64,000 nucleotides of DNA from Octopus sinensis (GCF_006345805.1 NC_042999.1:66526001-66590000); one strand, 5' to 3'; shown: positions 26,369-39,703, counted from the first letter of the stretch. Notes: a model not told the origin generated them from the sequence alone. Numbers and translations: made by a program.

Positions 26369-27628
26369 ATGTATACAACGCATGAACCGATATGCAATCA
26401 TTTGTATGATTGATATGCATTATGCATTTGTATCCACATATATGTAGAATGTGTATATTCCTTATTTGGTTTATGTGTGTATGTTGCTGCGTTTATTTCT
26501 GTTCCTTTAGAGATGTGTATGTATGCGTTTGTTTGCATATACGTGCCTGTCGGTGTAAGTGCAAATTTGATGTGTGAATTTTATTTGTGCATCGACATTC
26601 ATATGTATGGATATGAAGTATATGCGTGTATATGTGTATGTGTGTGAAAATGTGCATGTAAATATGTTTATACTATCATGCCGGATTCACATTTAACTAC
26701 TAATGGCTTCTGGTTACAATTCTCACAGTACATCATTATTAAATTCTCAGATTAAGGTAGTAATTATATAACATCTTTGGCAAGGAGGAAGAGTCTATTA
26801 GCGACGCGTATATTTAGGCGATAATGTCATTAGTAAGATACTGACGTCGGTTTGTTTGCTTTAGATTATATATTAAAATGGTCGTTACAGCTCCAACATG
26901 TCACGTGATATGCAGCAAAATCGATATAAATTAGGTACCTCCAGACGTAAGTTTTCAGATGGATTATCAATTGCGCTCCCGGGCGGGAAGAATTGATAAC
27001 TTGTCGAGCAGAATTTGATATGATTTTGATCTGAAGATAAAGTTGTCTTGTTACGAATGTTCCATGCCTTCATTATAAATCTTCGATATTATATTTACTG
27101 TAAATAACTATTTCTAGGATATTTACATGTTCAACCAACTGCTCAAATGAATGACTCGTTAAAATTTCCATGCTTGCGTCATCGACGTTTTGGGCTTTGA
27201 ATCCGCTTATTTCACATTCCTGTTTGTAATACCTGTTCACTTCCTTCCATATCTTTCTTAATTACATATCATAGACAAAATTGTATGTAAACATTTATGA
27301 ATTCTTATATGTATTTTGGTTATTTTAAGTAAATTCTGGTATTGCTCGTGGACAACCATATAGTTATTAATTTTATAAATTTTTATCTCCCACGGTCTTT
27401 TGGAAAAATCAATTTCAACTGAATTACAAACTCTTAAAGATTTAATTCACTTTTACAGAAATAGATACCCCAAGACAGTCATTAAGACTCACACTAGAAT
27501 GCAGAAACATTCAGCCACACATATACACACACATACACATGTATGTGTATATTATTTAATTCTTCTAGTAGTTTATATGTTTCTGCGTTGGGAGTGCGGC
27601 CGTGCTGATATATATGTATATACATATG

Positions 27629-27701
<73 letters not shown>

Positions 27702-27755
27702 TATATATATAATATATATATATATACATATATATATATTATATATATATATATA

Positions 27756-27799
<44 letters not shown>

Positions 27800-27815
27800 A
27801 TATATATTATATGAT

Positions 27816-27853
<38 letters not shown>

Positions 27854-27916
27854 GTATATGCATATATATGCATATGTGGGCACAAAGCGTCCTGAAATAT
27901 GTACAGCCAAAAATAC

Positions 27917-28396
27917 GCGTAGTGGTTATGAGATACTAACCCCAAGATTTCGATTTCGATTCCAGACATTGGCTTGCATAATAATAATAATAATAACATC
28001 GAAAAATCCTTAGGAATGAAAACTCAGGTTCGAAATTTCCCCAAGACACCTGATGAAGGCTGGAGGGTATATCGGGTAAAAAAAAAAAAGGCGGTGAGCT
28101 GGCAGAAACGTTAGCACGCCGGGCGAAATGCTTAGCGGTATTTCGTCTGCGTTACGTTGTGAGTTCAAATTCCGCCGAAGTCGACTTTGCCTTTCATCCT
28201 TTCGGGGTCGATAAATTAAGTACCAATTACGCACTGGGGTCGATATAATCGACTTAATACCTATGTCTGTCCTTGTTTGTCCCCTCTGTGTTTAGCCCCG
28301 TGTGGGTAATAAAGAAATAGGTATATCAGGCAAAACATGTTGACAACTAACTAGATGAGGACAAATATCCGTCAAATGTAAATAATGTAAATAATG
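27917..28396 (+). mobile_element. tRNA-like head plus hammerhead/pLTR-like element, interrupted by a SINE
   Basis: gcgtagtggtt...ttcgattcc head, then caagacac-ctgatga-aggctg; tail gatgaggacaaatatccgtcaaatgtaaataat; same family as 47306-47520. Confidence 0.7.
28091..28319 (+). mobile_element. OK-like SINE with 8-bp TSD
   Basis: Full head-to-tail copy; TSD ggtatatc at 28066-28073 and 28320-28327. Confidence 0.85.
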
Positions 28397-28525
28397 TCGA
28401 ATAAGGGTGTTCATCATTTTTTCAATCTGCGGAGAAATGTGTAAAATTTACCCTGTTAATAATTATACCTTATGTTACGTATATATATTTATATATATTA
28501 TATGTGTGTGTGTGTGCGTATCTCA

Positions 28526-28559
<34 letters not shown>

Positions 28560-28573
28560 CTTTATCTCTCTCG

Positions 28574-28627
<54 letters not shown>

Positions 28628-29735
28628 TGTGTACAACATGTCCTGTGAAATATGTCCCAAGCGTAGATGAGTTACCATACTAATACCATAAAAGCTCGAT
28701 AAGGATTACTCTTACGTCTACCATTCAAAGCGGAGGCGCTGATCCTGGATTAAGCTCTTGGCTTTCAAACTCGTATCCTTTGCAGCACTACTCGGCGTTA
28801 TCTGTGGTGAGCTAATTTGCTTTTCACTCACTAACTGTTTTTATTTCTACCCCTCGCACTCTCCCCCTCTTTGTCTCTATATACCTCTCTCTCCCTCTAT
28901 ATATGTCTCTATATAATTAACTCTGACAAAGTAGTTAGGAATCACTTCGAAGTCGCTGAAAACTTTTTGCATGTAAAAGATAATAAATATAAAACATTAG
29001 TTGTGAGTGATCCTTCAGTTTAATGTAAATTTGTTTTTATGTAGAAATTCACAAAACCAAAAGCAAACATTTATATGTGTGTGTGGCGAGTGTTTGTATA
29101 TGGTACGTACGGTTTTCGTGTACCCGACATGTGGTCGTGTGAAAGTTTTTGTTGATCAATAATTGACAGTTAAAGATTTATGTACGGTTGAATATATGGA
29201 ATTATTTTTCGTTCGTGATTATTCTTGCCACCTGTATCCTATATATGTACGTTTGTAAACGAATTGTGCGTATAGTTGTGAGTATGTATAAATGCACATG
29301 TTCTTGTCTACTTCTGTATGCATTCATATATAATATATTTGACAGAGCAGGATCAAATCATATTAACTATTCATTTCTCTGGTTTGTATTTCAAGATTGT
29401 AAATCAGCTACTAAAAGAACACATTGCGTTAAAATATTTATTAGAACATTCATCATAGTAACATGTCAGACAGGAAACTAATGTCACTTTACCTGCCGAT
29501 CTTGTCAGTTCCGAATAACAAATTGCTTTTTTTTTATACCAATAATCTGTTTGTGTTGTACGTTTAGCTACGTTAAAATAGTTAATCACGCAATGTATTT
29601 TCCAATACGTCAAAATCTAGGAAGAAATTCATACGGTCAGGGAACACACACACATGCGTACGTACATACGCACACGTTCGCACACGTTCGCACACTACAA
29701 ACGTATATTCATATACATCCATCTAACCATCAACT

Positions 29736-29786
<51 letters not shown>

Positions 29787-30412
29787 CGCGCGAAACGTAT
29801 GCAATTATATATTTTCTTGGATTTATAATTTCGCACTTTCCTTCATGTTGTTATTTGTTTCATGTCGTTTCGTGAAAAAAGAACAGCAACATTTGTATTT
29901 ATAAATGAGCATATGTGTAAACAGGCATATATACCTTCACACACAGACACACAGATATACACAAACGCACATATGTCCGTATGTATGCACGTAGGTATGT
30001 ATGTATGTATGAAAGTACATATGTTATTAAGTCAATGTGGTAAACTGAAACTTTGTCAGCTTTACTTAAATTCAATTCTCTAAAACTTAAAAGATTTATC
30101 TTACATGAAAAACATAAATAAACCTTCTGGGATATGAAAGAACATTATTCTTTATTACCGACATGACAACAAACTTTTTAAGGTTCATTTCAGAATCATC
30201 TGAATTTTTCATAGATTTAACATTTTCATTTGAATCTCATACTTCCCCGAATTTCTATAGTTTTCTTTAGAATATAAATTAAATTCTTTGTATTCGTATC
30301 AAGAGAGTATCAATGAAAGGTAACGAAGTTATTCAAGTCCTTGAGGATGTTACTCCATTTTTATCTGTGTATGAGTGTATGTATATGCATATATGTAGAT
30401 ATTCATGCACAC

Positions 30413-30502
<90 letters not shown>

Positions 30503-30901
30503 AAATATATAGATATGTATGCATGAATATGTATGCGTGTTTATGTATTTGTTATGTCACACGGAAACGGCATTTGTGCAGAAAAGCATCTCGTGTATCT
30601 TAGCAGTCATGCATATACTTTAGAAAGCCAGAAATTCTAGGTATTTTTCTTGAGAAAGCATCCCGCATACATGCAGAGTGTTAAAAAGCGAAGGCGTTTA
30701 TAAGAATCAAGCGAAAAGCAACCAGCAGCGGTAGCATTGTTGCTCCATCCCTATGTGTTTGTGTGTGCTTGCGTGCGTGTGTGTATGTGTGCGTGCCCGT
30801 GTGTGTGTGTGTATGCATACATATGTATATATATATGTGTGTGTGTACATATATAGACAGATGGATAGATAAATATAGATATACGTATATATATGTATAT
30901 A

Positions 30902-30952
<51 letters not shown>

Positions 30953-32615
30953 GCATATATATATATATATTTATATATGCATATATATATATATTATGTA
31001 AATGTTTATTTGTGTATATATGTATGTATATATATGAGATAAGGGAACGCAAGAAAGACGTAGAAAGAGTATAGTTAACGATGCAAACACAATTTCGACA
31101 AGAGTGTAAAAGAAGGTCTCTCACGATGTAAGTTCCAATGTTCTAATTTCTTTCATTGAATCATGTTTTGTTGCTTTGATATGATTCAAAATTTAAATCG
31201 ATATCGATTTTTGTTATACATCCAGTCAGTGTTAAAGTTGAAGTCAAGATTATTGCTGTTATGTTATAAGTGCTTCTTTTATTTTTTTTCATTTTTTAAA
31301 ATTCTGAGTTATAATTTCCTTGTATGCTTATACGTATACATATATGTTCACAACTGTATGTATATAAATATATGGTTATGTACACATTCATATGTGTATG
31401 CGTGTATGTGTGGGAGTATATATATATGTATATATGTGTGTGTGTGTCTGTGTGTGTGCGTGTGTGTGTATATATGTATATTTATATATATATATATATA
31501 CATATAGTATGTGTGCGTGTGTATGATGCGTGTACGTGTGTGTGTGCGTGTGTGTGTGTACGTGTGTATGTGTGTGTGTATGTGTAAGGTTTGTTTCAAT
31601 GTTTGTTTATTCATGTGTAAGGTAATGAAGGATTACATTTCCGAACCACGGTTTCGCTCAATCGGGCTTTTTCGGTTGGAAGCACATAGTAACAGATTGT
31701 GAAGACGAAGAAAAAATAAAATGAAATTCTTTCTACTTTCTAATTGGGTGCGTTTAAGTAGACTTAACCTGTGTGCACTGGAAAGTTTTACAGCGACTAA
31801 CTTATGTCTATTCACTCTATTGTTTGCCTTCTGTGTTCATATATAATCTTAGTAGTATACTGTCGACAACTCTTAACTCTTACGAGAGTTATTACTTGGT
31901 GTTTTTGTATATGTTCTGGTATAAATCATAAGGAAACTTTACATAAGTACAACGTAGCAACTACTTAAAAATCTGCGCTATTCTTAGGTAGCTATGGCTT
32001 ACATCATGACAGCCATGTGAGGGGAGGTAATAATTTTACCGTATCCCGTAAAAAGTTTATGGACGTTTATTTTAAGAGTTTATATGTTAGAACCTATTTG
32101 TTTAATCTGTATTGCTATCAACCGATAGCTGCGAGGTAAATCTCGCGTGAACGAGGTTTTCTTATCTCCCATTTTTTTTTCTCTGATTTATGCCATACTT
32201 TAAAATGCCACATATCGTTAATCTTTTAGCTTTGATATTGTTTTTCACTCCTTGGACTGCGGCCATCCTGGGGCACAGGTTTAGAGGGTTAAGTGGAACA
32301 CATACCGATTCTATTGCTTCTTTGACTGAACCGCTAGTTTACGGAGACATGTCTGCATATATGTGTACATATATACTTTTTTCACTCATTAAATTACAGC
32401 CATCCTAGTGCACCACCTTCAAGGGTTGAGTGGTACTGATTCTTATTCTATCGTTTGCTTTGGCGAACCGCTAAGTTTCGGAGATATAAACGAACAAACA
32501 CCGGTTGTCAAGAGGTTGCGGAAACAAGCACAAACACAAAAACACTTAAATGTAAACAATTTATTTATGCTTGATTGCTAAATCCACGATTTTTCTTTAT
32601 TTTTTAATCCTTCTT

Positions 32616-32655
<40 letters not shown>

Positions 32656-33351
32656 CTGATTATTTTCTCTTATTCCTTTCTTTTGAAGAGCGTAGGCTCG
32701 AAACGTAGAAGACTTTCTCACTTTCTCGAGTGTCAAACTAGTACACCTCCTTGTTGTTCACACGCCTGTCTTCGTCTTTTACTTATGTTAAAGTCATTAT
32801 ATGATGATCTATCAGTGGCCAGCATACTAAAATACTATAATGGTTAATTTATATTCTTTTCTATTCTAGGGAGAGGGGGCAGTCGATTAGATCGACGTCA
32901 GTGTGCAACTGGTACTTAATTTATCAACCTGGAAATGATGAAAGACAAAGTCGACCTCGGCGGAATATAATGGCTAATTTATATTAAAATTATAAGGGTG
33001 TTGATTGATTACAACACAAATTTGCTAGAAATAGTCCCGAAATGGTCTAGGAACCACTTAGATTATTACTCGACTACGCAATGCTGTAAGCGATGATAAT
33101 AGACAGTGAGAGTTTATAAAACAATTTGGATAGTACCATATCTATACATTTCATTGTTTGAGTTATTAAAAACCCTTTCCGATCATCAGCGGCAACATGC
33201 TGAACCATAAGCGCATATAATGTACATGTATTTCGCACGTATAGTGTAGTGGAGTAAAATCTAAGTTGTTCCTAGAACATTTGGGGCCTATTTCTCGCAG
33301 ACTGGTGTTGTAATCTTTCAACACCCTTATATAGTATATAAGATGTATATA

Positions 33352-33352
33352 T

Positions 33353-33441
<89 letters not shown>
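33352..33441. repeat. (TAGA)n microsatellite
   Basis: Direct reading. Confidence 0.95.
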
Positions 33442-33444
33442 GGA

Positions 33445-33530
33445 TTCGGGTCGATTAGATCGATTAAAATTACCCAAGGGGTGCCCCAGCATAGCTTCAG
33501 TCAATGACAGAAATAAGTAAAAGATATAAA
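33445..33530 (+). mobile_element. SINE 3' fragment with CR1-like tail
   Basis: gtgccccagcatagcttcagtcaatgacagaaataagtaaaaga matches the LINE end at 57181-57225. Confidence 0.65.
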
Positions 33531-34360
33531 GATAATAGATATGTGATGAGATTCCACGCGCTTTCTGTCAACCTAATTCACTGAGAGGATATTTGTTGAC
33601 ACGGAGCTATATTGGAAATCAGCTGCCCAATGTGCCGCACAATGTGACTGAACCCAAATCACGGGGTGGCAAACTGAGCTTATCAAATCTACACCTATTC
33701 ACGTTTAAGTAACAACAAATTTACAAGCTACGGAGTGGGCAATGTCGTTCGAACATCCGACAGAACATCTCGAGGAACACATTCCGAAATATCTTAGAAC
33801 TTTGTGCCAAAATAAACCTTATTTTTGTTTGTTTTAGGTTCGCTAAATTTATTATTAATCCAAGGATGTTGATAGTCTGCATTCTTAATTCGTCGTGTGA
33901 GAAGCCTTGTGGTGCCAATTATGTCTCCTTGGGTCATGGAGGAAGCGCTAACAGCATGACCCGTAGAACCTGTACTAACTCTTACCTCTTCTTTGCACAA
34001 CTCGTTGGCGTGAATAGAACAAATTCGTATCTAAGGATAATTCATGGCTGTGCATATGATAAAAACAGAACAACCTATCCTGTAACAAACATGGAATTAA
34101 ACGATCTGCATACTTCTGTTTAAATACTTATGACATTCTCCAGTAAAAACTAATAAAATATGAGGTTAAAAAATGATGAATTGTCTTACCGAGGTAGATG
34201 TTTGCAAAAGCCATTTTTGGCAGCTTACATTGTTCACAGTAAATATTATATAACAAGATCACCTGCGTATATGTCAAGCACTATTTACTCTGCATTTATA
34301 TTTAACATATATAGATCCAATATTGGATTTCTGGTTTACACATACACATATACAAATATG

Positions 34361-34397
<37 letters not shown>

Positions 34398-34402
<5 letters not shown>

Positions 34403-34880
34403 TAGTTATCGCCATGCTAACATGGCGGTCCAGAAATCTAGGACGAATTCTGCCGTTGATTAGCTCCAAGAGGCTATCGCCTCTTGCTAGCTATGTGACA
34501 CACAAATCTGTGTCCATTATAACCTTCGAACAGGGGACGTCAGCAGCTTACCCTTGCTGGTTTGGCACCCACAAACTAGTTTCGTGGTAGTTGCCTCTTA
34601 TCAATGTGGAGTAGCCGCACCCAGCAGGCGTCGCTGCTAACCGACTGTTCGAAGGATTACTTACCTAAATTCAGTGGAATGCATCCACTGGTTTGCAAAA
34701 ATAGAAATATTATTTCTAATACTCTCTAAAGGAGACTATGGTAGCGGTACTGGATATTAATAGTTATCGCCAAGCTAACATGGCAGTCCAGAAAAAACGG
34801 CAGCATTCATTCTATTTATCTGGACTGCCATGTTACCTTGGGGATAACTACTAATATCCAGTACCGCTGCTATAGTGTGT
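34398..34880. repeat. Composite direct/inverted repeat (MITE-like hairpin plus duplicated arm)
   Basis: taatagttatcgcca.gctaacatggc.gtccaga at ~34400 and ~34758; reverse complement at ~34818-34875. Confidence 0.7.
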
Positions 34881-35157
34881 TTTAGAAAATGCTGCTGCCG
34901 CTACTGAGTTCTACCCAAACAAACACTTGAGAAAAACATCTCATCGTAGAAAGTCATTGTTTACTACTACTACTACCAAGACTAATTTAAAATAATAGTG
35001 AAGGTGAATTCCTCTTCAAAAAATGTCATATATTCCCTAAAGAAATCGTACTAATAATTCATAAATTGCTGCATATGAATATGCAACAATATGCAGTTGG
35101 TGCGATCCAATTCTACATCTTCCTTATTCTCCTTACTATACATACATACATATATAT

Positions 35158-35324
35158 ATTAGAAAAAAACACCTTTTATCAATTTAAAATGAACAATTAA
35201 ATTACACTATCTAGAAAATTACATATAATAGAAATAATTTTAATATTTCTATTATATGTAAATTTTCTACATGGTGTAATTTAATTGGTCATTTTGAATG
35301 ATAAAAGGTGTTTTTTTTTCTAAT
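35158..35324. repeat. MITE-like ~167-bp palindrome in (TA)n
   Basis: attagaaaaaaacaccttttatc ... gataaaaggtgttttttttttctaat. Confidence 0.8.
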
Positions 35325-35327
35325 TTA

Positions 35328-35367
<40 letters not shown>

Positions 35368-35372
35368 ATATA

Positions 35373-35403
<31 letters not shown>

Positions 35404-35530
35404 ATATATATATACATATATATTATATTTTGTTAAATTTGATTTAACAAAGAATTGTTAAATTTGATTTAGTATTTCTAAATTGTATTTTCCTCTGTAA
35501 GTTAGGAGTAATATTCCTTCAAATAATTAT

Positions 35531-35574
<44 letters not shown>

Positions 35575-35779
35575 ATATCAATAATCGTGATGATCCTCTA
35601 TGTGATGAATGTAGAAAGATTTGTCTTAATAAACCTGGGCCAAAGAGCCATATGACATCACTCATTGCACAACCGCACGTTGACGGACAGATAATTTCCA
35701 ATGCATACTCTGTCATAAAGTATACCGATCAAAAAGTGGCTTGAAAATATATATACACACACATATATATACACATACA

Positions 35780-35831
<52 letters not shown>

Positions 35832-36158
35832 ATTATATATATATGTGTGTGTGTCTATATATATGTATAACTATCTGTCTATCTATATATATATATGTGC
35901 GTGTGTGTGTGTATGTATATGCATACGTTTATGCATCTATTATTATGTAGATGTATATTCAAATACACACTGGTTAACCGCTTGTATTATAAAGTAAAGT
36001 TATCTGAAGGGAATGGATATTCTCCGAGGAGGTCAAACAACAACGGCCAGATAATCACGCTGGAATCAGTTAGAACGTATTATGTGTAATCAGATATGTT
36101 GTCGTTTTGTTTTTTGCTATTCTGCGAGTACTCTATAATTTGCTTTTTATTGAACACA

Positions 36159-36347
36159 CATCGGTGCACATTAGCAAAATATTTTTACCTTTACTGGTTT
36201 TTACAATCTAGTGCTCATGAGTTTTCTTATATCCGTCGGTCTGGCGGAGTATGTTTGACTAAGAAGACACTCAACGAAATGGAAGCACCACGGTGCTTCA
36301 AAGTCCCAGAATCGCATGTGTTATGAAAACATATCGTCAAAGGTTAG
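36159..36347 (+). repeat. 189-bp dispersed repeat (second copy inverted at 44353-44541)
   Basis: Near-identical sequence; identical peptide except EAP/ETP in the ORF track. Confidence 0.9.
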
Positions 36348-37052
36348 GAAGTATTTTTCTTTGATTAAAAAAAAAATAAAGGTCTGATATTAACGTTCGA
36401 ATTTACAAGAACATATTAAGAATGAATAAACGCGTCATTATACACCTGCATACATCCAAAATGTGTCTTAACAAACTGGACTACATTCTTTGTTTTCAAT
36501 GAGTGATTGGGTGACATGTTAATTTGAAAGTGTAAATCAGAAAGGTTAACTATTAGTCGTAAGTTCACAAAGATAGTGAGCTCAACCAGCAGAAAGTCGT
36601 TCTGAACTGTAGTAGATATGGTCGGTCATTCCATTTGTCTGTCAATATGAGCAGACGTATGAAGTTTGAGAGAGGAAAAGACAAACTACCAGACTGAATC
36701 GTGGGCCATTAACTGTTATGTGTAAGAAGAAATGTGCACAGATGGAAAATGATTAAGCATTCAGAAATTTAAAATTAAATTGTTGGACATATAATTTCCA
36801 TTGTCTGGCGTGTGTTAATACATACACACTCACACACACATATACACTTATATGTGTATATATATATATATGCACACATATGTATACATATATACATACC
36901 TACATACATATATACAGGCTCGTTGATACACGAGCTACATAACAAGCTTAGAAGACATTACGTCATATGATGCTGAAAACGATTGATATTAAGTTATATA
37001 TGTAACTCCTGCCGAATGCGCTGAGTGGAAATTTCGTCTGAACACTCACTCA

Positions 37053-37237
37053 TGTATGTATGTATGTATGTATGTATGTATGTATGTATGTATGTATGTA
37101 TGTATGTATGTATGTATGTGTGCATGTATGCATGCATGCATGTATGTATGCATGTATGTATGTATGTATGTATGTATGCATGCATGTATGTATGTATGTA
37201 TGTATGTATGTATGTATGTATGTATGTATGTATGTAT
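37053..37237. repeat. (TATG)n microsatellite
   Basis: Direct reading. Confidence 0.95.
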
Positions 37238-38462
37238 CGTAGCCAGAGAGAGATCGATAATATGATAAGTCAAAGGTGACTGGGAAAGACAGATAAATGA
37301 GAGAATTTTGTAAGCGAGCAAAAATGAGACCAAATAGGCCCCTTTATTCATTTTTATTCATTTTCCTATATCTCTTTCTGCCAAAAGACACGCCAATTTA
37401 TTTACCGGATATATTCTTCCTTATTCACGAATTTGTCTTTGTTTATTTGTGTCTCTTTCTTTTTACAAACAAACCACTCTGTGTATTAATTTCTCTTTCA
37501 TTCCTCCCCACTTCCTTTCTCACTCCGTTACACACACAACCCCTACCAAGTCCATATTTCATTCATTCATATATATATAGATTCCTTTTCACAATATGTC
37601 TACTTATCTGGAACTTTTCGTTAGTTCAGTTTCATGATGTTTTCTCACATTTTTATTATTATATGTATGTATATTGTTGACTCATGGTTTTATTTCAGCT
37701 CTCTAAACCTGCTTACGCAAACTGCCACTCCTACCATTTTACTATTTCTTATCTCTTCTACCATCTTGTTTTTTCTTCTTTGTCCAAACACGTTATATTG
37801 CTTTTTGTACGACACCCTAAAAAGCTATGCTTATGACCAATGATACTGCCATTCTATTCAGCCGCGCACATTACGTTTGCCCAGTTATCGAATTCATACT
37901 CTCAACTACATTTAACCGGTCTTTGAACAGTGTTCTGCCGAGAATGAAGCCAGTTATTAAAGTACAATCGAACTCTTTTGTTGTACACGCACACGCATAC
38001 ACACTCACACATAGGTATGTATAATATTAATACACACACACACACACACACACCACACACACACACACACGCACACATATACACACATTGCTTAAATATA
38101 TACATTACTCTTACACACATTCAATCTACTCGCCATTTATACCACCACGACACTGGACACACACACACACTACTACTCAACAAACGCTGGCACGCTACAT
38201 ACGCCCCCACCCCTTCCCACTTTGCTCTGTTTTCGTAAACATCCGCCTTTCACCGTGTGCAACTCGTAAACACCAGTCGTCTTTTTTCTCTTTCCCTGTT
38301 GCCCGCTCTGGGATCTTTCTTTCCTCTCTCTTCCTTCTTTATGTTTCCGACGAAGAGCTCCGCTCGAAACGTCATGCCTCCCTGCTTCCTTTTCCTGAGC
38401 GCCTATTAATAATAATACTGTAATTGTTCCATTGTTGTTGTTTTTTTGTTTCCCGTTGGATT

Positions 38463-38509
<47 letters not shown>

Positions 38510-38704
38510 TGTATGTATAATATATGTATGTGTATATATATATATATTTCTATATATAGGGCATTATACATACATGCCAGAAGGCATTATCCATAAATGC
38601 CACACACGCTAAGAGGACAATTAGTCTTTCTATTTTCTAAAATCTACAAAATATTAATAATCCACCGAATGCAATTTTTCAAAGTAAGATATTTAAAAAA
38701 ATAT

Positions 38705-38752
38705 AGACCTGTTATCACTGATTTTCATACTTACGTATTCATCAGCAGGCCT
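38705..38752 (-). ncRNA. Type I hammerhead ribozyme, unit 1 (variant stem III/junctions)
   Basis: aggcctg CUGAUGA atac gtaa gtat GAAA atcagtgat aa caggtct. Confidence 0.65.
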
Positions 38753-39182
38753 GAATGTATTATAAATAAACAACGACCCTGCCCCGCTTAAGCCGATCAG
38801 CTAACTGATCAACATCAACGAAGCACATGGGTGAGTTTACATATATTACATCCGGATAAATGGCAAACTTTTACGAATTGCATTTCGGGAGAGGAAAAGT
38901 TTTTTCGGAATAAAAGTTTAGCAATTAAGGACACCTACTTAATAAGGAAAACTTAACAAGAAATTGTCAGGTAGATAGCGTGAAAACCTCATAAGAGAAA
39001 AAGTTTCGAAAATAATTATTTCTTATTGAACATATTAATTTATATATAGAGGGCATTATACATACATGCCAGAGGCATTATACATAATGCCACACGCTAA
39101 GAGGGACATTAGTCATTTCTACCAAAAATATTACTAATCCCACCGAATGCAATTTTTCAAAGTAAGATATTTAAAAAGATTT

Positions 39183-39229
39183 AGACCTGTATCACAGTGA
39201 TTTCATACTTACGTATTCATCAGCAGCCT
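39183..39229 (-). ncRNA. Type I hammerhead ribozyme, unit 2 (1-nt deletion in stem I)
   Basis: Core and stems II and III intact; stem I 5' strand reads aggctg. Confidence 0.75.
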
Positions 39230-39655
39230 GAATGTATTATAAATAAACAACGACCCTGCCCCGCTTAAGCCGATCAGCTAACTGATCAACATCAACGAAG
39301 CACATGGTGAGTTTACATATATTACATCCGGATAAATGGCAAACTTTTACGAATTGCATTTCGGGAGAGGAAAATTTTTTCGGAATAAAAATTTAGCAAT
39401 TAGGACAACTACTTAATAAGGAAAACTTAACAAGAAATTGTCAGGTAGATAGCGTGAAAACCTCATAAGAAAAAAATTTCGAAAATAATTATTTCTTATT
39501 GAACATATTAATTTAATATAGAGGGCATTATACATACATGCCAGAAGGCATTATACATAAATGCCACACGCTAAGAGGGACAATTAGTCATTTCTACCAA
39601 AAATATACTAATCCCACCGAATGCAATTTTTCAAAGTAGATATTTAAAAAAATAT

Positions 39656-39703
39656 AGACCTGTATCACAGTGATTTCATACTTACGTATTCATCAGCAGG
39701 CCT
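39656..39703 (-). ncRNA. Type I hammerhead ribozyme, unit 3 (intact)
   Basis: aggcctg-CUGAUGA-auac(GUAA)guau-GAAA-ucac(u)guga-UA-caggucu: 7-bp stem I, 4-bp stem II with GNRA loop, AUA cleavage triplet. Confidence 0.92.

Noticed and set aside
33720-34120. Acceptor-like ttttag followed by an 85-aa ORF
   Set aside because: No recognisable domain or donor site; compatible with chance.
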